Source of the DNA: a virus
Taxonomy: Duplodnaviria > Heunggongvirae > Uroviricota > Caudoviricetes
Virus record (IMG/VR): IMGVR_UViG_3300025392_000640
Span: 37,214-101,213 of that record
Length of the DNA stretch: 64,000 nucleotides
Reading direction: 5' to 3' (one strand)
The translations under genes and the position numbers were made by a program. This document shows, piece after piece, positions 29,860 to 39,003 of the stretch (its first letter is position 1; each line of letters starts with the position of its first letter). The notes under the pieces were generated by a model. It made no database searches. It was not told the DNA's origin and saw only the letters and a list, made by a program, of their open reading frames with translations.

Positions 29860-30471
29860 TTATATGTTTTCTTCTTTATAAAGTTTTTCCAATCTCTTAG
29901 GTAACTTATCGTAATTCATTCTAAAGTTAGCCGGCATTGCTGCTACTATTCTTTTATTAGTGTATGGAGTATTATTAGGTTTGCTCCACTTACGAGTTTG
30001 TTTCATCCAGTTATAGAATTGTAAGTAAGCATTAGCTCTCTTAGTGTATCTTTCAGTATCAATACTCAATCCCCACTCCTTAATCATTTTAACTGAACGC
30101 TTCTCATTATCCAATTCCAACCCAATGGATATTTCAAATGCTCTTTCTAATGTTTGAGGTCTTTTATACTTACCTTCCAACCACTCATCAATAACAGGTA
30201 TTGCTTTACCTGCTACTTTCCATAAATGAAATCCATCTTGCCATTGTGTAAGGTGACAATATTCATGTACTAATATTTCTAATCCATCTTCCTTAGCCAT
30301 TGAACAAGCTAAAATAGGTTGCTCACCATCATCAAAGTATCCACTACATCTAATAGTAGGTGATAACTTTACATACTTTACATTCTTAATATGATTCTTA
30401 ACTCCCAATCTTTTACATTCATCCTTTACGTGTTGAATAAATGCTAAATCATTTTTTGTGTACTTCTTCAT
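29860..30471 (-). CDS. putative HExxH zinc metallopeptidase-like protein
   Basis: ILVHEYCHLTQWQDG. Confidence 0.5.
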   Translation of the reverse strand: MKKYTKNDLAFIQHVKDECKRLGVKNHIKNVKYVKLSPTIRCSGYFDDGEQPILACSMAKEDGLEILVHEYCHLTQWQDGFHLWKVAGKAIPVIDEWLEGKYKRPQTLERAFEISIGLELDNEKRSVKMIKEWGLSIDTERYTKRANAYLQFYNWMKQTRKWSKPNNTPYTNKRIVAAMPANFRMNYDKLPKRLEKLYKEENI

Positions 30472-30492
30472 ACTTAATTTTTTGTTACTTTA

Positions 30493-30525
30493 CAAAGATA
30501 CGAAATTAATTCGAATCCACCAAAT
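30493..30525 (-). promoter_or_regulatory. Bacteroidetes-type promoter for 29860..30471
   Basis: caaagatacgaaattaattcgaatccaccaaat; 20-nt spacer between TTTG and TATCTTTG on the coding strand. Confidence 0.6.
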
Positions 30526-30526
30526 T

Positions 30527-30901
30527 TTATTTAAACTCAACACCATGCCTTTCTTTGAACTTATCCTCTACTAACTTAGCTGCTTTATTGTAACCATTTT
30601 TGATTAACATTAAACGAGCTAATGTATCGGCTTCCCTTTCATCATTCTCATTCTTTTCTTCACTATGTCCTAATTTAAAATGTGCTACCTCATGCGCTTC
30701 AATCCATTTTAGAACATCCTTACTTAGTTTTTGCTCACCATCAATCAATACAATATAATCAGTAGGGACCATAAACCCAAAACCAAATTTATCAAAGATA
30801 GGTTTAACTACATCATATCGGTAATCTTCCTTACCAATTATATTGACCAACACATCATCATCAAACTCACTTCTAAATTGTTTAGTTTTCATATTGTTCA
30901 A
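30527..30901 (-). CDS. ImmA/IrrE-family (DUF955) metallopeptidase-domain protein
   Basis: HEVAHFKLGH followed by EREADTLARLML. Confidence 0.6.
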   Translation of the reverse strand: MNNMKTKQFRSEFDDDVLVNIIGKEDYRYDVVKPIFDKFGFGFMVPTDYIVLIDGEQKLSKDVLKWIEAHEVAHFKLGHSEEKNENDEREADTLARLMLIKNGYNKAAKLVEDKFKERHGVEFK

Positions 30902-31601
30902 ATATCTTTTTATATTGTTTATTTAATGCTTTACAAACTCTTTTACTAACTCCTTTATTGAATCTACTATATTCCCAATTGGTACTTAAGTAAGCTTGTA
31001 TCTCATCAGGTATCACAGCGGCTGTATAACCCATATCCAATAAGTTACCTTCAAACTTTAAGTAATCCTGCCATTCAATAGTTTCAGTAATCTCATCCAC
31101 CAATGCTTTATACTCTTTGTTAGTTGCGTATAAACCATGACAAACTTCGTGGTCAAAAGTAGTATCTTCCAATGATGGTGCTCCAATAATGTAAGCGTTC
31201 ATATTTCGTTTATTCTTTTTATTGAACATTTTACTTTCAATATTCCAAATAATATTCTTCATCACTTCATCATAAGGACTCTTCCAATTATCAGGCATTG
31301 AACGAACTCCATCATACATTTTCTTTGTATTCTTCTCACTACCTTCGTAGCACTCCCAAGCAGTTTTTAAAGGTATATTAAATCCACCCCAATCGTATGT
31401 ATAAGTAAACACATCACCATGCTCTCTACTATACCATTCAATATAGTCCCAAACATTAAAGTGCTTACCTCTAAAATCTTCGTTAGGTGATTCATAGAAC
31501 TCCTGTACTCTCATAAATAACATTGCTCTATGATAATGGTCTTTCACTATCACAGCGAATACATTCGGTCTAACTTCCTCTATCTTATAATCTACTTTCA
31601 T
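30882..31601 (-). CDS. hypothetical protein with HExxH motif
   Basis: FDHEVCHGLYATN; 239 aa. Confidence 0.45.
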   Translation of the reverse strand: MKVDYKIEEVRPNVFAVIVKDHYHRAMLFMRVQEFYESPNEDFRGKHFNVWDYIEWYSREHGDVFTYTYDWGGFNIPLKTAWECYEGSEKNTKKMYDGVRSMPDNWKSPYDEVMKNIIWNIESKMFNKKNKRNMNAYIIGAPSLEDTTFDHEVCHGLYATNKEYKALVDEITETIEWQDYLKFEGNLLDMGYTAAVIPDEIQAYLSTNWEYSRFNKGVSKRVCKALNKQYKKIFEQYEN

Positions 31602-31606
31602 TTGTT

Positions 31607-31822
31607 TTAATTTAAATATTCTTTTACTTCACGTATTAATACTACTATCATAATCCATATCCAAAATACAAATATCCCAATAATTGATATAGGTGGTATT
31701 AAAAATATAATTCTTGCCAATTTAGTATTAATCCAATACCAATCAGCGTCATCAAATAATGATTTCATACCCAATGCACAAATTGTGTTGAATATAAATG
31801 CGATTAAAAATATTCCTATCAT
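31607..31822 (-). CDS. small membrane protein
   Basis: 71 aa with two TM helices. Confidence 0.4.
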   Translation of the reverse strand: MIGIFLIAFIFNTICALGMKSLFDDADWYWINTKLARIIFLIPPISIIGIFVFWIWIMIVVLIREVKEYLN

Positions 31823-31833
31823 ATACTTTATTT

Positions 31834-32208
31834 TTAATACACAATGTGTATAGGTTCTTTAATCTTTACACGTCCACCATTCTTTTTACCCCAACCCTGA
31901 TTAGGGTCATCCTCACTTCGGGTTGTTGGTATATTGCCCTCAAAGTACTTCTCTAAGATAACAGCGATACCATTACTATCATCGTTATCAAACATAAGGT
32001 CACATACATCGTACCAATCCATTTTCCATTCAAAAGAATTTTCAAATGTAGAATCGGTGAACACTCTACCATATGAATTATAATGACCTCTCATTTCCTC
32101 AATTACTTTACCATTCTTTAATAGATATAATCTACATGCATCGCCATCAAACGAAGATGATGCAACTGGTAATCCACTCTCTTTACAAATAAAACTGAAA
32201 CATCCCAT
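31834..32208 (-). CDS. hypothetical protein
   Basis: 124-aa ORF. Confidence 0.45.
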   Translation of the reverse strand: MGCFSFICKESGLPVASSSFDGDACRLYLLKNGKVIEEMRGHYNSYGRVFTDSTFENSFEWKMDWYDVCDLMFDNDDSNGIAVILEKYFEGNIPTTRSEDDPNQGWGKKNGGRVKIKEPIHIVY

Positions 32209-32382
32209 AATTTTTTATTTTAATTTTTTGATTAATTCGTTTGCTGTTTTTGCTGATAAATAAATTGATTCATCACGTTTTCCACCAAAGAACGCAACTT
32301 GAGTATTTCTATCAATAGCGTACCATAACTTTTGGTATTCATTATACCATAACACATAATTTGTTAGCATGTTTTTTATTTT

Positions 32383-32619
32383 TTAATTTGTTACAAAATC
32401 ATATAAATCGTTTACTGAATAGATACCATCCTTACTACTCATAGTATCTATATCAGAAATTGTTTCAACATTACAACCTTCGTTTATCTCATCGTAGGTA
32501 CAATTGATATTACAACTACCTTCAACACAATACCAGCGTTTACCACTACGTGTTTCATATACTAAAATAGTACCTCTATTTCGAGTACCGTAAAATCCAT
32601 TTACTTCATACAAATTCAT
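32383..32619 (-). CDS. hypothetical Cys-containing small protein
   Basis: 78-aa ORF. Confidence 0.4.
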   Translation of the reverse strand: MNLYEVNGFYGTRNRGTILVYETRSGKRWYCVEGSCNINCTYDEINEGCNVETISDIDTMSSKDGIYSVNDLYDFVTN

Positions 32620-32640
32620 ATTCTTATTTTTTATTGTTTA

Positions 32641-33084
32641 TTAAATACCTTGCTCTCTACGAAGGTCATATTCTTCCTTATCGTATTCCGAATACTCAAC
32701 CACTTTCAAGTAAGGTTTGAAATCAGTTTCATAATAACCATTGAGGTTAGCTAAGTTAATCATTGAATTGATAAACGATTGACGAGCAAAAGTCATATCA
32801 GATGAACCAAACCCCTGGTCTTCCGGCCAATCAGAATAATCTTCTCTTAATTCATCCAATGCCTCATATACGGCATCTAAATAAGTTATCACTCTACCAG
32901 TGTACTTACCCACAACTGGAAAAGCATTTTTAATAACATCGTAGCCCTCAATCAATGGAGCGGTTTCAAATACCCTAATTGGGTCAAACGGTAAACTCAT
33001 ATACTTAATTTTTATTTTTTTATTACAATTATTTATCACCCCATAATTTTTTACGAGCTTCTTCACTACGCAATTTTGCTTCAA
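32641..33084 (-). CDS. hypothetical protein
   Basis: 147-aa ORF. Confidence 0.45.
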   Translation of the reverse strand: MKQNCVVKKLVKNYGVINNCNKKIKIKYMSLPFDPIRVFETAPLIEGYDVIKNAFPVVGKYTGRVITYLDAVYEALDELREDYSDWPEDQGFGSSDMTFARQSFINSMINLANLNGYYETDFKPYLKVVEYSEYDKEEYDLRREQGI

Positions 33085-33742
33085 TTTCTTCAGCTTCCGA
33101 ATCTTTAACTACGCAATTAGATGGATTAGCTACTTTAATTACATACTTAGCATTTGAATAATCTTTACCTTCTTTAGCTAAGTACCTTTGTGTTTTACGA
33201 TTCTTATAAGGTATTCTCAAATTCTTTAAAATATGTGAGAAACTATTTGAACCCGTAATACTTCTATAATAAGATTGTATTTCACTATAACTTGCCGCAC
33301 CTTTCTTATCAACAAAATCTAAGATAGCTTGAGAAGCATAGCCTGGCGTTTTTAACTTTCTTAAGTGGATACGATAATCATCAATAACAGAAGTTTCGTT
33401 TTGTTTCAATGTACAATAATCATCAAACTTTTTTAATTCTTCCGATGCTTTTATTACCCCAATACCATAATTCATAGCATCTTCATCAGCTTCTTCGTTA
33501 CTTACATAATGCGAACTAACTTCTATTTCCTCATCAATAGCTTCTAAACCAATTCTATAATTCAATTCACACTGCAACTTATCTAACAAAGATACATTCA
33601 ATTCCTTATCACACATCATACCTTTAGAGGCGGTAATACCTAACGAATAAATGAGTTCGTTAATCTCTTTAATACTTAAATTCATATTCTTAATTTTTAT
33701 TTTAAATGTTATACCATAATTTATGTACATACTCATAACCAA
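33029..33742 (-). CDS. hypothetical protein
   Basis: 237-aa ORF. Confidence 0.45.
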   Translation of the reverse strand: MVMSMYINYGITFKIKIKNMNLSIKEINELIYSLGITASKGMMCDKELNVSLLDKLQCELNYRIGLEAIDEEIEVSSHYVSNEEADEDAMNYGIGVIKASEELKKFDDYCTLKQNETSVIDDYRIHLRKLKTPGYASQAILDFVDKKGAASYSEIQSYYRSITGSNSFSHILKNLRIPYKNRKTQRYLAKEGKDYSNAKYVIKVANPSNCVVKDSEAEEIEAKLRSEEARKKLWGDK

Positions 33743-34064
33743 ATCCTAACTCATCAGCCAATTTTTGAAACAGGCGCTCTCTTATTATACTATCATACAC
33801 ATAAAGGTATTCATATACATCCCTACCAACAAACAATTCATTCAATAAACCTACAAATGTAGCTTTTGGGTTAATACCTTCACCCATATCATCGGTTGGG
33901 TAATTACTAATGTACCATTCTTTAACAGTTATCATATTACTTATTTTTATTTTTATTGTAAACAAATTGAAACACTTCAGCGAATCCACCACAACCACAC
34001 CAATCATATTTATAAAAAGTCTTAGTACCAAAAGTAGGTGATGAAATTGTTTCGGCGTTTCCAC
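33702..34064 (-). CDS. hypothetical protein
   Basis: 120 aa; overlaps neighbours, start uncertain. Confidence 0.35.
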   Translation of the reverse strand: METPKQFHHLLLVLRLFINMIGVVVVDSLKCFNLFTIKIKISNMITVKEWYISNYPTDDMGEGINPKATFVGLLNELFVGRDVYEYLYVYDSIIRERLFQKLADELGFGYEYVHKLWYNI

Positions 34065-34230
34065 CTAACTTAGATTCATTCATATCTTTTACCTTAAGGA
34101 AATTCTTATAGGCTGATAACATAGTTTTACATTTATACTTACTAGTCAACATTAAGTAAGCGATAGATGGATACTTTTTAAGGAAATTGGTACAATTTTC
34201 CTCATTCACCGAAAACACTAATTTATTCAT
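33937..34230 (-). CDS. hypothetical protein
   Basis: 97 aa; overlaps 33702..34064 in another frame, only one likely real over the overlap. Confidence 0.35.
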   Translation of the reverse strand: MNKLVFSVNEENCTNFLKKYPSIAYLMLTSKYKCKTMLSAYKNFLKVKDMNESKLGGNAETISSPTFGTKTFYKYDWCGCGGFAEVFQFVYNKNKNK

Positions 34231-34249
34231 ATTTCTTAATTTTATATAG

Positions 34250-34281
34250 TAAAACTACGAATAATCCCCGAAACTGCCAAA
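34250..34281 (-). promoter_or_regulatory. Variant promoter with upstream palindromic elements at 34301-34320 and 34341-34365
   Basis: aaaactacgaataatccccgaaactgccaaat, then aaaattctttattgagaatcaatgagttac. Confidence 0.5.
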
Positions 34282-34475
34282 TTTGGCACAAAAATTCTTT
34301 ATTGAGAATCAATGAGTTACATATATGTTTTTTTATAATATCCTAACGTGTTGATTATCAATAAAGAATTTTATCCATTTTAAGGGTATTTTTAACCGAT
34401 TTTAGGGTGTCTACCTTATTTTGGGGTAAATACCCATTTTAGGGATAAAAAGGGGTAAAATACCCCTTATTTTCA

Positions 34476-34802
34476 CTAATCAAACCATTGAGAACGATTA
34501 GTCTTAACATGCTTTACATATAGTTCGGGTTCTTTTACCTTAATACCTTTGGCAGCCTCCTTAATCTTTTGAGCTTTAGTAATTTCACCTTCCTTACCCA
34601 GCTTTTTGGCATCCCTCAATTGTTTAGTAGTCAGTTTACCACCATTGGCAACTGATGCGAATTTCTTAACGTGATATTGGTCTAATGGAACTGCTCCTTT
34701 CTTTAGGTATTCAGCTTTACTATCCAAATACTCAAAGAACTCATCTTCCGATAATCCTTTTAATTGTTCATCCGTTAATTCGTTTTGTGGATTATATTTC
34801 AT
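34476..34802 (-). CDS. hypothetical protein
   Basis: 108-aa ORF. Confidence 0.45.
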   Translation of the reverse strand: MKYNPQNELTDEQLKGLSEDEFFEYLDSKAEYLKKGAVPLDQYHVKKFASVANGGKLTTKQLRDAKKLGKEGEITKAQKIKEAAKGIKVKEPELYVKHVKTNRSQWFD

Positions 34803-34804
34803 AT

Positions 34805-35029
34805 CTATTCATTTACAATTTCTGCTTCAGGTATTTCTATTACTAAATAGTGTGTATCTTCAGGTCCTCTTAATAACTTCTCACAATGATAAAAGTCACA
34901 TAAGTCCTGCGCTGATACTTTATTTGAGAATAGGGCTTGAACTACTGAACTATCAGCTTTGAACTTTCGTTTCACTATCCAAACCGAACCATTAGCGTTA
35001 ATAACTTCTATTTGCATACTTTTTTCCAA
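34805..35029 (-). CDS. hypothetical protein
   Basis: 74-aa ORF. Confidence 0.4.
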   Translation of the reverse strand: MEKSMQIEVINANGSVWIVKRKFKADSSVVQALFSNKVSAQDLCDFYHCEKLLRGPEDTHYLVIEIPEAEIVNE

Positions 35030-35397
35030 TTTTGTTCCTCTACTTCATAAGCTTCTATTTCGTAGGGATGTGTTTTATATGTGTGTCCCATATCATAATA
35101 TCTCTGCATCCAAGCGGGCGATTGTAAATAGTGAGAGTATTCATGCACTATTGTTCGGGCTAAATCTTCTTTACCTTTAATATTTTTAGTATAAATAATA
35201 ATTTCGTTTTCTGCAAAATCATACTCACCTCTCCACAGGTTATCATAGCCTGTGGATTCGGGTGAATACTCTATTGATAGGTAAGGGGTGTGCTTCTGAT
35301 ACTTACTCTCTCCTAATAACTCTATAGTCTTCTCTAAAAATTGATATGCCTGTTTCTCTATTCTATCTCTAATCATTTTTTTATTTTTTTCTTTCAT
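35008..35397 (-). CDS. ImmA/IrrE-like (HExxH...ExEA) metallopeptidase-domain protein
   Basis: IVHEYSHYLQ and PYEIEAYEVEE. Confidence 0.55.
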   Translation of the reverse strand: MKEKNKKMIRDRIEKQAYQFLEKTIELLGESKYQKHTPYLSIEYSPESTGYDNLWRGEYDFAENEIIIYTKNIKGKEDLARTIVHEYSHYLQSPAWMQRYYDMGHTYKTHPYEIEAYEVEEQNWKKVCK

Positions 35398-35875
35398 TTA
35401 AAGTCATTGCAAAACTTACATCGTATCTAAATTCTCCCTTATAAAAAGAATTTCCTTTTGTATGATGGTCCATAATTCTTACTAATTTATCTCTCATAGA
35501 ATCAACATCTTTTGTTTGTATTGGATATGCCTCATACATACCTTTAAATTTATTCCAATCTCTACCATCATAACTACTTTCATCATATAAAGATTTATGA
35601 TAGCCACGTAATTCTCTAAGTAATTTGTCTTCCAAATTAGCTCCCTTTGAATCAGCTTTCCAAACAGAACTAAATTCCCAATGAATAACATCACTTACAA
35701 ATTTATACAATGGACATTGAATATTATTTCTATTCGTTTCAAATAAAGACCATGCTATCTCTCTATTTCGCATCCAAGGATTTGCTGACATTCCTACTTT
35801 GAATATGTGATGTCCACCTACATAAAAATCTAATAGATAAATTGCATGATTACCACCTTCAAAATTATTTGCCAT
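35381..35875 (-). CDS. hypothetical protein
   Basis: 164-aa ORF. Confidence 0.45.
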   Translation of the reverse strand: MANNFEGGNHAIYLLDFYVGGHHIFKVGMSANPWMRNREIAWSLFETNRNNIQCPLYKFVSDVIHWEFSSVWKADSKGANLEDKLLRELRGYHKSLYDESSYDGRDWNKFKGMYEAYPIQTKDVDSMRDKLVRIMDHHTKGNSFYKGEFRYDVSFAMTLNERKK

Positions 35876-35877
35876 TA

Positions 35878-36081
35878 CTAGTCTTTTTTAATATTAACAT
35901 TTGATTTAAATAATATACCACTTAAGATATTAATACCCACAGCTTCATATAAACTGATTTGTGGCGTACCAAATAAATGTGGTAATAAGGCATTCCATAA
36001 TAACATTGTAGGAATTGCCAAAATCAATGCGGATAATATTAATAACCCAACTACTAATAGTAATGCTTCTATACTTTTCAC
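35878..36081 (-). CDS. small membrane protein
   Basis: 67 aa, hydrophobic. Confidence 0.4.
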   Translation of the reverse strand: MKSIEALLLVVGLLILSALILAIPTMLLWNALLPHLFGTPQISLYEAVGINILSGILFKSNVNIKKD

Positions 36082-36326
36082 TATGCTATAATTTTGTTTG
36101 TGATTTTTAAAATTGTTTCTTCTTCCTCTTTAGTTAATCTCCAACTATTACCAACTAACTTTAATACTTCCGTATCAAAATCCGTTTCAGGTTCTTTCGA
36201 TGGAATAGCATGTTCAAGTTGTGTTGGTGCATAACCAGCTTCATAAAGTTCATCTGCTAATTCCTGTTTTTCATATCCCATCATACTATTTAGGATATCA
36301 TCAATATCAAATTCAATACTTGCCAT
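36081..36326 (-). CDS. acidic hypothetical protein
   Basis: 81-aa ORF. Confidence 0.4.
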   Translation of the reverse strand: MASIEFDIDDILNSMMGYEKQELADELYEAGYAPTQLEHAIPSKEPETDFDTEVLKLVGNSWRLTKEEEETILKITNKIIA

Positions 36327-36347
36327 AATTTTTATTTTTTTTATTTT

Positions 36348-36617
36348 TTAAAATTCATACTCATTACAAAAACAATTTGCCTTACACATTACCAACAAAT
36401 AAATGTTGTTTCTACAATCCATATCTGCTCTACTAAGTGCAAGATATAAGTTATTATCAACTACGGCCTGAACGAATCCACCACCTGCGTAAGAACTCTT
36501 ATCTCTTGTACACATAATAGAAACCATAACATCCAAAATATGTTCACTTACATTTGTGAATCCATACTCAATAGCGAATTTAGTAGCTCGCTCTCTACAT
36601 TTTTCTCTAATATCCAT
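36348..36617 (-). CDS. hypothetical Cys-rich protein
   Basis: 89-aa ORF. Confidence 0.4.
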   Translation of the reverse strand: MDIREKCRERATKFAIEYGFTNVSEHILDVMVSIMCTRDKSSYAGGGFVQAVVDNNLYLALSRADMDCRNNIYLLVMCKANCFCNEYEF

Positions 36618-36628
36618 ATACTTTAATT

Positions 36629-36943
36629 TTAATTGTGTTTCATTCCTCTACATACCCCATAACCACTTCGTTGTGATAATCTATACAAACGAGCGGCATC
36701 TTCAGCGGGCATAATTTGAATCTCATTACCTGTTTTATGGTTAGCGATAGCTACTCCACCTACTTTAGCTACCGTACTACAACTTACACAATTCGTATAA
36801 CCATACTTTGTATATCGTAACTCCGGCATATCACCACCACATTTTTTACAACTTATCATTTTTAACTTCATAAAATTTGTTTTACTATTAATAAAAGAAA
36901 CTATTCCATGCAATCCAATTAGGTATTTTGTATCTAACACCAA
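36629..36943 (-). CDS. C4 zinc-ribbon protein (TraR/DksA-like spacing)
   Basis: CKKCGG-x17-CVSC. Confidence 0.4.
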   Translation of the reverse strand: MVLDTKYLIGLHGIVSFINSKTNFMKLKMISCKKCGGDMPELRYTKYGYTNCVSCSTVAKVGGVAIANHKTGNEIQIMPAEDAARLYRLSQRSGYGVCRGMKHN

Positions 36944-37139
36944 CTAACTCCTTCTTAGGAAATTTATCGTATGGTGATACTACTGATTCAAATATACTAT
37001 TTGATTTACCTACACTTACCAATCTTGCTCTACAAGTTGGTGATTGATTTTGAGAAACTTCTTTCCCAATTACTGATTTTAAATCTGATACTAAATTCAT
37101 ATTCTTAATTTTAAAGTTTGTGATAAATTGTTTCACCAT
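36888..37139 (-). CDS. hypothetical protein
   Basis: 83-aa ORF. Confidence 0.35.
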   Translation of the reverse strand: MVKQFITNFKIKNMNLVSDLKSVIGKEVSQNQSPTCRARLVSVGKSNSIFESVVSPYDKFPKKELVGVRYKIPNWIAWNSFFY

Positions 37140-37644
37140 TTGAAAATACAGCCGTTACTCCGTATTTTTCTGAATAGTCATCGTAAAGAGCTTCTAACTT
37201 CTCTACAATTTCATTCTTAAGTTTCTCAGCTTTCTTCTCAGCCAACTTAGCGTACTTAGTAGCTGCTGATTTTGATAACTTACCATACCAAGCGATATCT
37301 TCAATATAGAAATCATTGTTATCATATTGAGCATCACCATTGATACTATAATCAACATTCCAATCTAAGTTTACACCTTCATAGTAACCACTACGAATTA
37401 CAGGCGTTACACATACTTCTACATAGAAGTCTTTGTATTGGTGATACTTTCTGATTGAACCTAATGTACGAGATGGAAAACTTCTTAATTCATGTTTATC
37501 CGTTTTACCATAATCTACATAATCAGGGTTATTACTTAATTCTGATTTTAAGTTATCTACTAAATCTTCATAATCATATTCATTTTCTAAACGAACTGCG
37601 AAAATTGCCGAAGCATTTTCATTGTGGAAATTTGATGTTGCCAT
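37111..37644 (-). CDS. hypothetical protein
   Basis: 177-aa ORF. Confidence 0.45.
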   Translation of the reverse strand: MATSNFHNENASAIFAVRLENEYDYEDLVDNLKSELSNNPDYVDYGKTDKHELRSFPSRTLGSIRKYHQYKDFYVEVCVTPVIRSGYYEGVNLDWNVDYSINGDAQYDNNDFYIEDIAWYGKLSKSAATKYAKLAEKKAEKLKNEIVEKLEALYDDYSEKYGVTAVFSNGETIYHKL

Positions 37645-37798
37645 ATTCTTAATTTTTATTTTTTATTATTTTTTACGAGCCCACTCTTTCTGAGCTTTTT
37701 TCTTTTTGTTTGGGATAACCTTAGCTTTGAACCTACCATCAAACAAACCGGCTTCTTTCTGCTCAGTTCGTTTTAAGGTTCGTTGATAATCCACTTTG

Positions 37799-38044
37799 TT
37801 ACTTTGTTTCATAGTTAGTACCTTTTACATAGGGAGCGCCCCATTTACCATTATCTAATTCAATCCATAACCAATTCAAATAGTCATCAGTTACACTACT
37901 TTGTAAATTCTCATTAAAGAATGTTAAAGCCTTAATAAACTTCATTCTTTGTTTAGCCAATTGAGGATTAATACTTACTTCAATCATAGCATCGTTTAAG
38001 TGTGAACCAACTACAATACCTAAATGTCTTTCAAAACTACTCAT
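37799..38044 (-). CDS. hypothetical protein
   Basis: 81-aa ORF. Confidence 0.4.
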   Translation of the reverse strand: MSSFERHLGIVVGSHLNDAMIEVSINPQLAKQRMKFIKALTFFNENLQSSVTDDYLNWLWIELDNGKWGAPYVKGTNYETK

Positions 38045-38066
38045 ATTTTTAATTTTTGTTACGATG

Positions 38067-38223
38067 TAAAGATACGAACATTTTTCATACTAACAAGCTT
38101 TTTTTCAATTATTTTTAAAAATTCTTTATTGAAAATCAACACGTTACGGGAGTGATTTTGGGGCAAAAAATAACCCATTGAAAATCAATGAGTTATGAAT
38201 GTGTTGAAAATCAATGAGTTACG
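38067..38223 (-). promoter_or_regulatory. Promoter (38067-38100) plus three tandem copies of the TTGAAAATCAAYRMGTTA element (38128, 38178, 38204)
   Basis: taaagatacgaaca...; ttgaaaatcaacacgttacgg, ttgaaaatcaatgagttatg, ttgaaaatcaatgagttacg. Confidence 0.55.
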
Positions 38224-38228
38224 TCATA

Positions 38229-38534
38229 TTAATAATTTTCGTAATACCAAGCCCTTATTTTAGCCCCTAATTCCATATCATTAGGATATTGTTTAACCCA
38301 ATTCTTAGGAATAGTTATATGCTCTCTACTTTCAGCACTCCCTTTTATGTAACAATCCCTACATAATTGTCCAGCTCCTTCAATATATCCAGTTCTGAAA
38401 TCAACGTGTGTAGTTTTTAATGTGGTAGTTTTACAACCACAAAGGATACAATCCTCATAAATGTCATCGTTATTTCCTACAGATGTAACTAATCCGTTTT
38501 CATCTATATTAAGTGGTACGTGTTGGCTTCCCAT
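38229..38534 (-). CDS. Cys-rich hypothetical protein
   Basis: 101 aa with CILCGC...CRDC. Confidence 0.45.
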   Translation of the reverse strand: MGSQHVPLNIDENGLVTSVGNNDDIYEDCILCGCKTTTLKTTHVDFRTGYIEGAGQLCRDCYIKGSAESREHITIPKNWVKQYPNDMELGAKIRAWYYENY

Positions 38535-38555
38535 AAGTTTAATGTTTTATTTATA

Positions 38556-38589
38556 CAAATATACGAAATTATTTTGAATCCACCAAATT
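38556..38589 (-). promoter_or_regulatory. Bacteroidetes-type promoter for 38229..38534
   Basis: acaaatatacgaaattattttgaatccaccaaat. Confidence 0.55.
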
Positions 38590-39003
38590 TATGTTTTCTG
38601 TGTACCATTCCAATATCTCCTCACCAGCTTTTATATCCCTTAAAGCAAATCCTCTATCACTTAAATTTTGTCTTTCTCTATCAGGCCATGCAGAATTACA
38701 AAAACTAAATCCGTGGAATAGAAAATTTAATCCTTTATATAATCGTATTACTTTGAATCCACATTCATCATTAATAAAGTAGGCATCTAATAATTCGAAT
38801 ACTTCCTTTGGTATTAAATGTAATTTATCATTTGGTATAAGATATATCCCACTATCATATTCCCACGCTGGAAACACTCTATCACCTTTGGGTATATCTT
38901 TAATAGCAAATACACCAACGCCATTAATAGGTGAAACGCCAATCTTAGTTTTTATATTCTTACTTAAATGATATAGTACTTCTTCGGTTATATCCGTTTC
39001 CAT
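38569..39003 (-). CDS. SET-domain-like protein (putative protein lysine methyltransferase)
   Basis: GVGVFAIKDIPKGDRVFPAWEY at the N-terminus and ALRDIKAGEEILEWY at the C-terminus. Confidence 0.5.
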   Translation of the reverse strand: METDITEEVLYHLSKNIKTKIGVSPINGVGVFAIKDIPKGDRVFPAWEYDSGIYLIPNDKLHLIPKEVFELLDAYFINDECGFKVIRLYKGLNFLFHGFSFCNSAWPDRERQNLSDRGFALRDIKAGEEILEWYTENINLVDSK

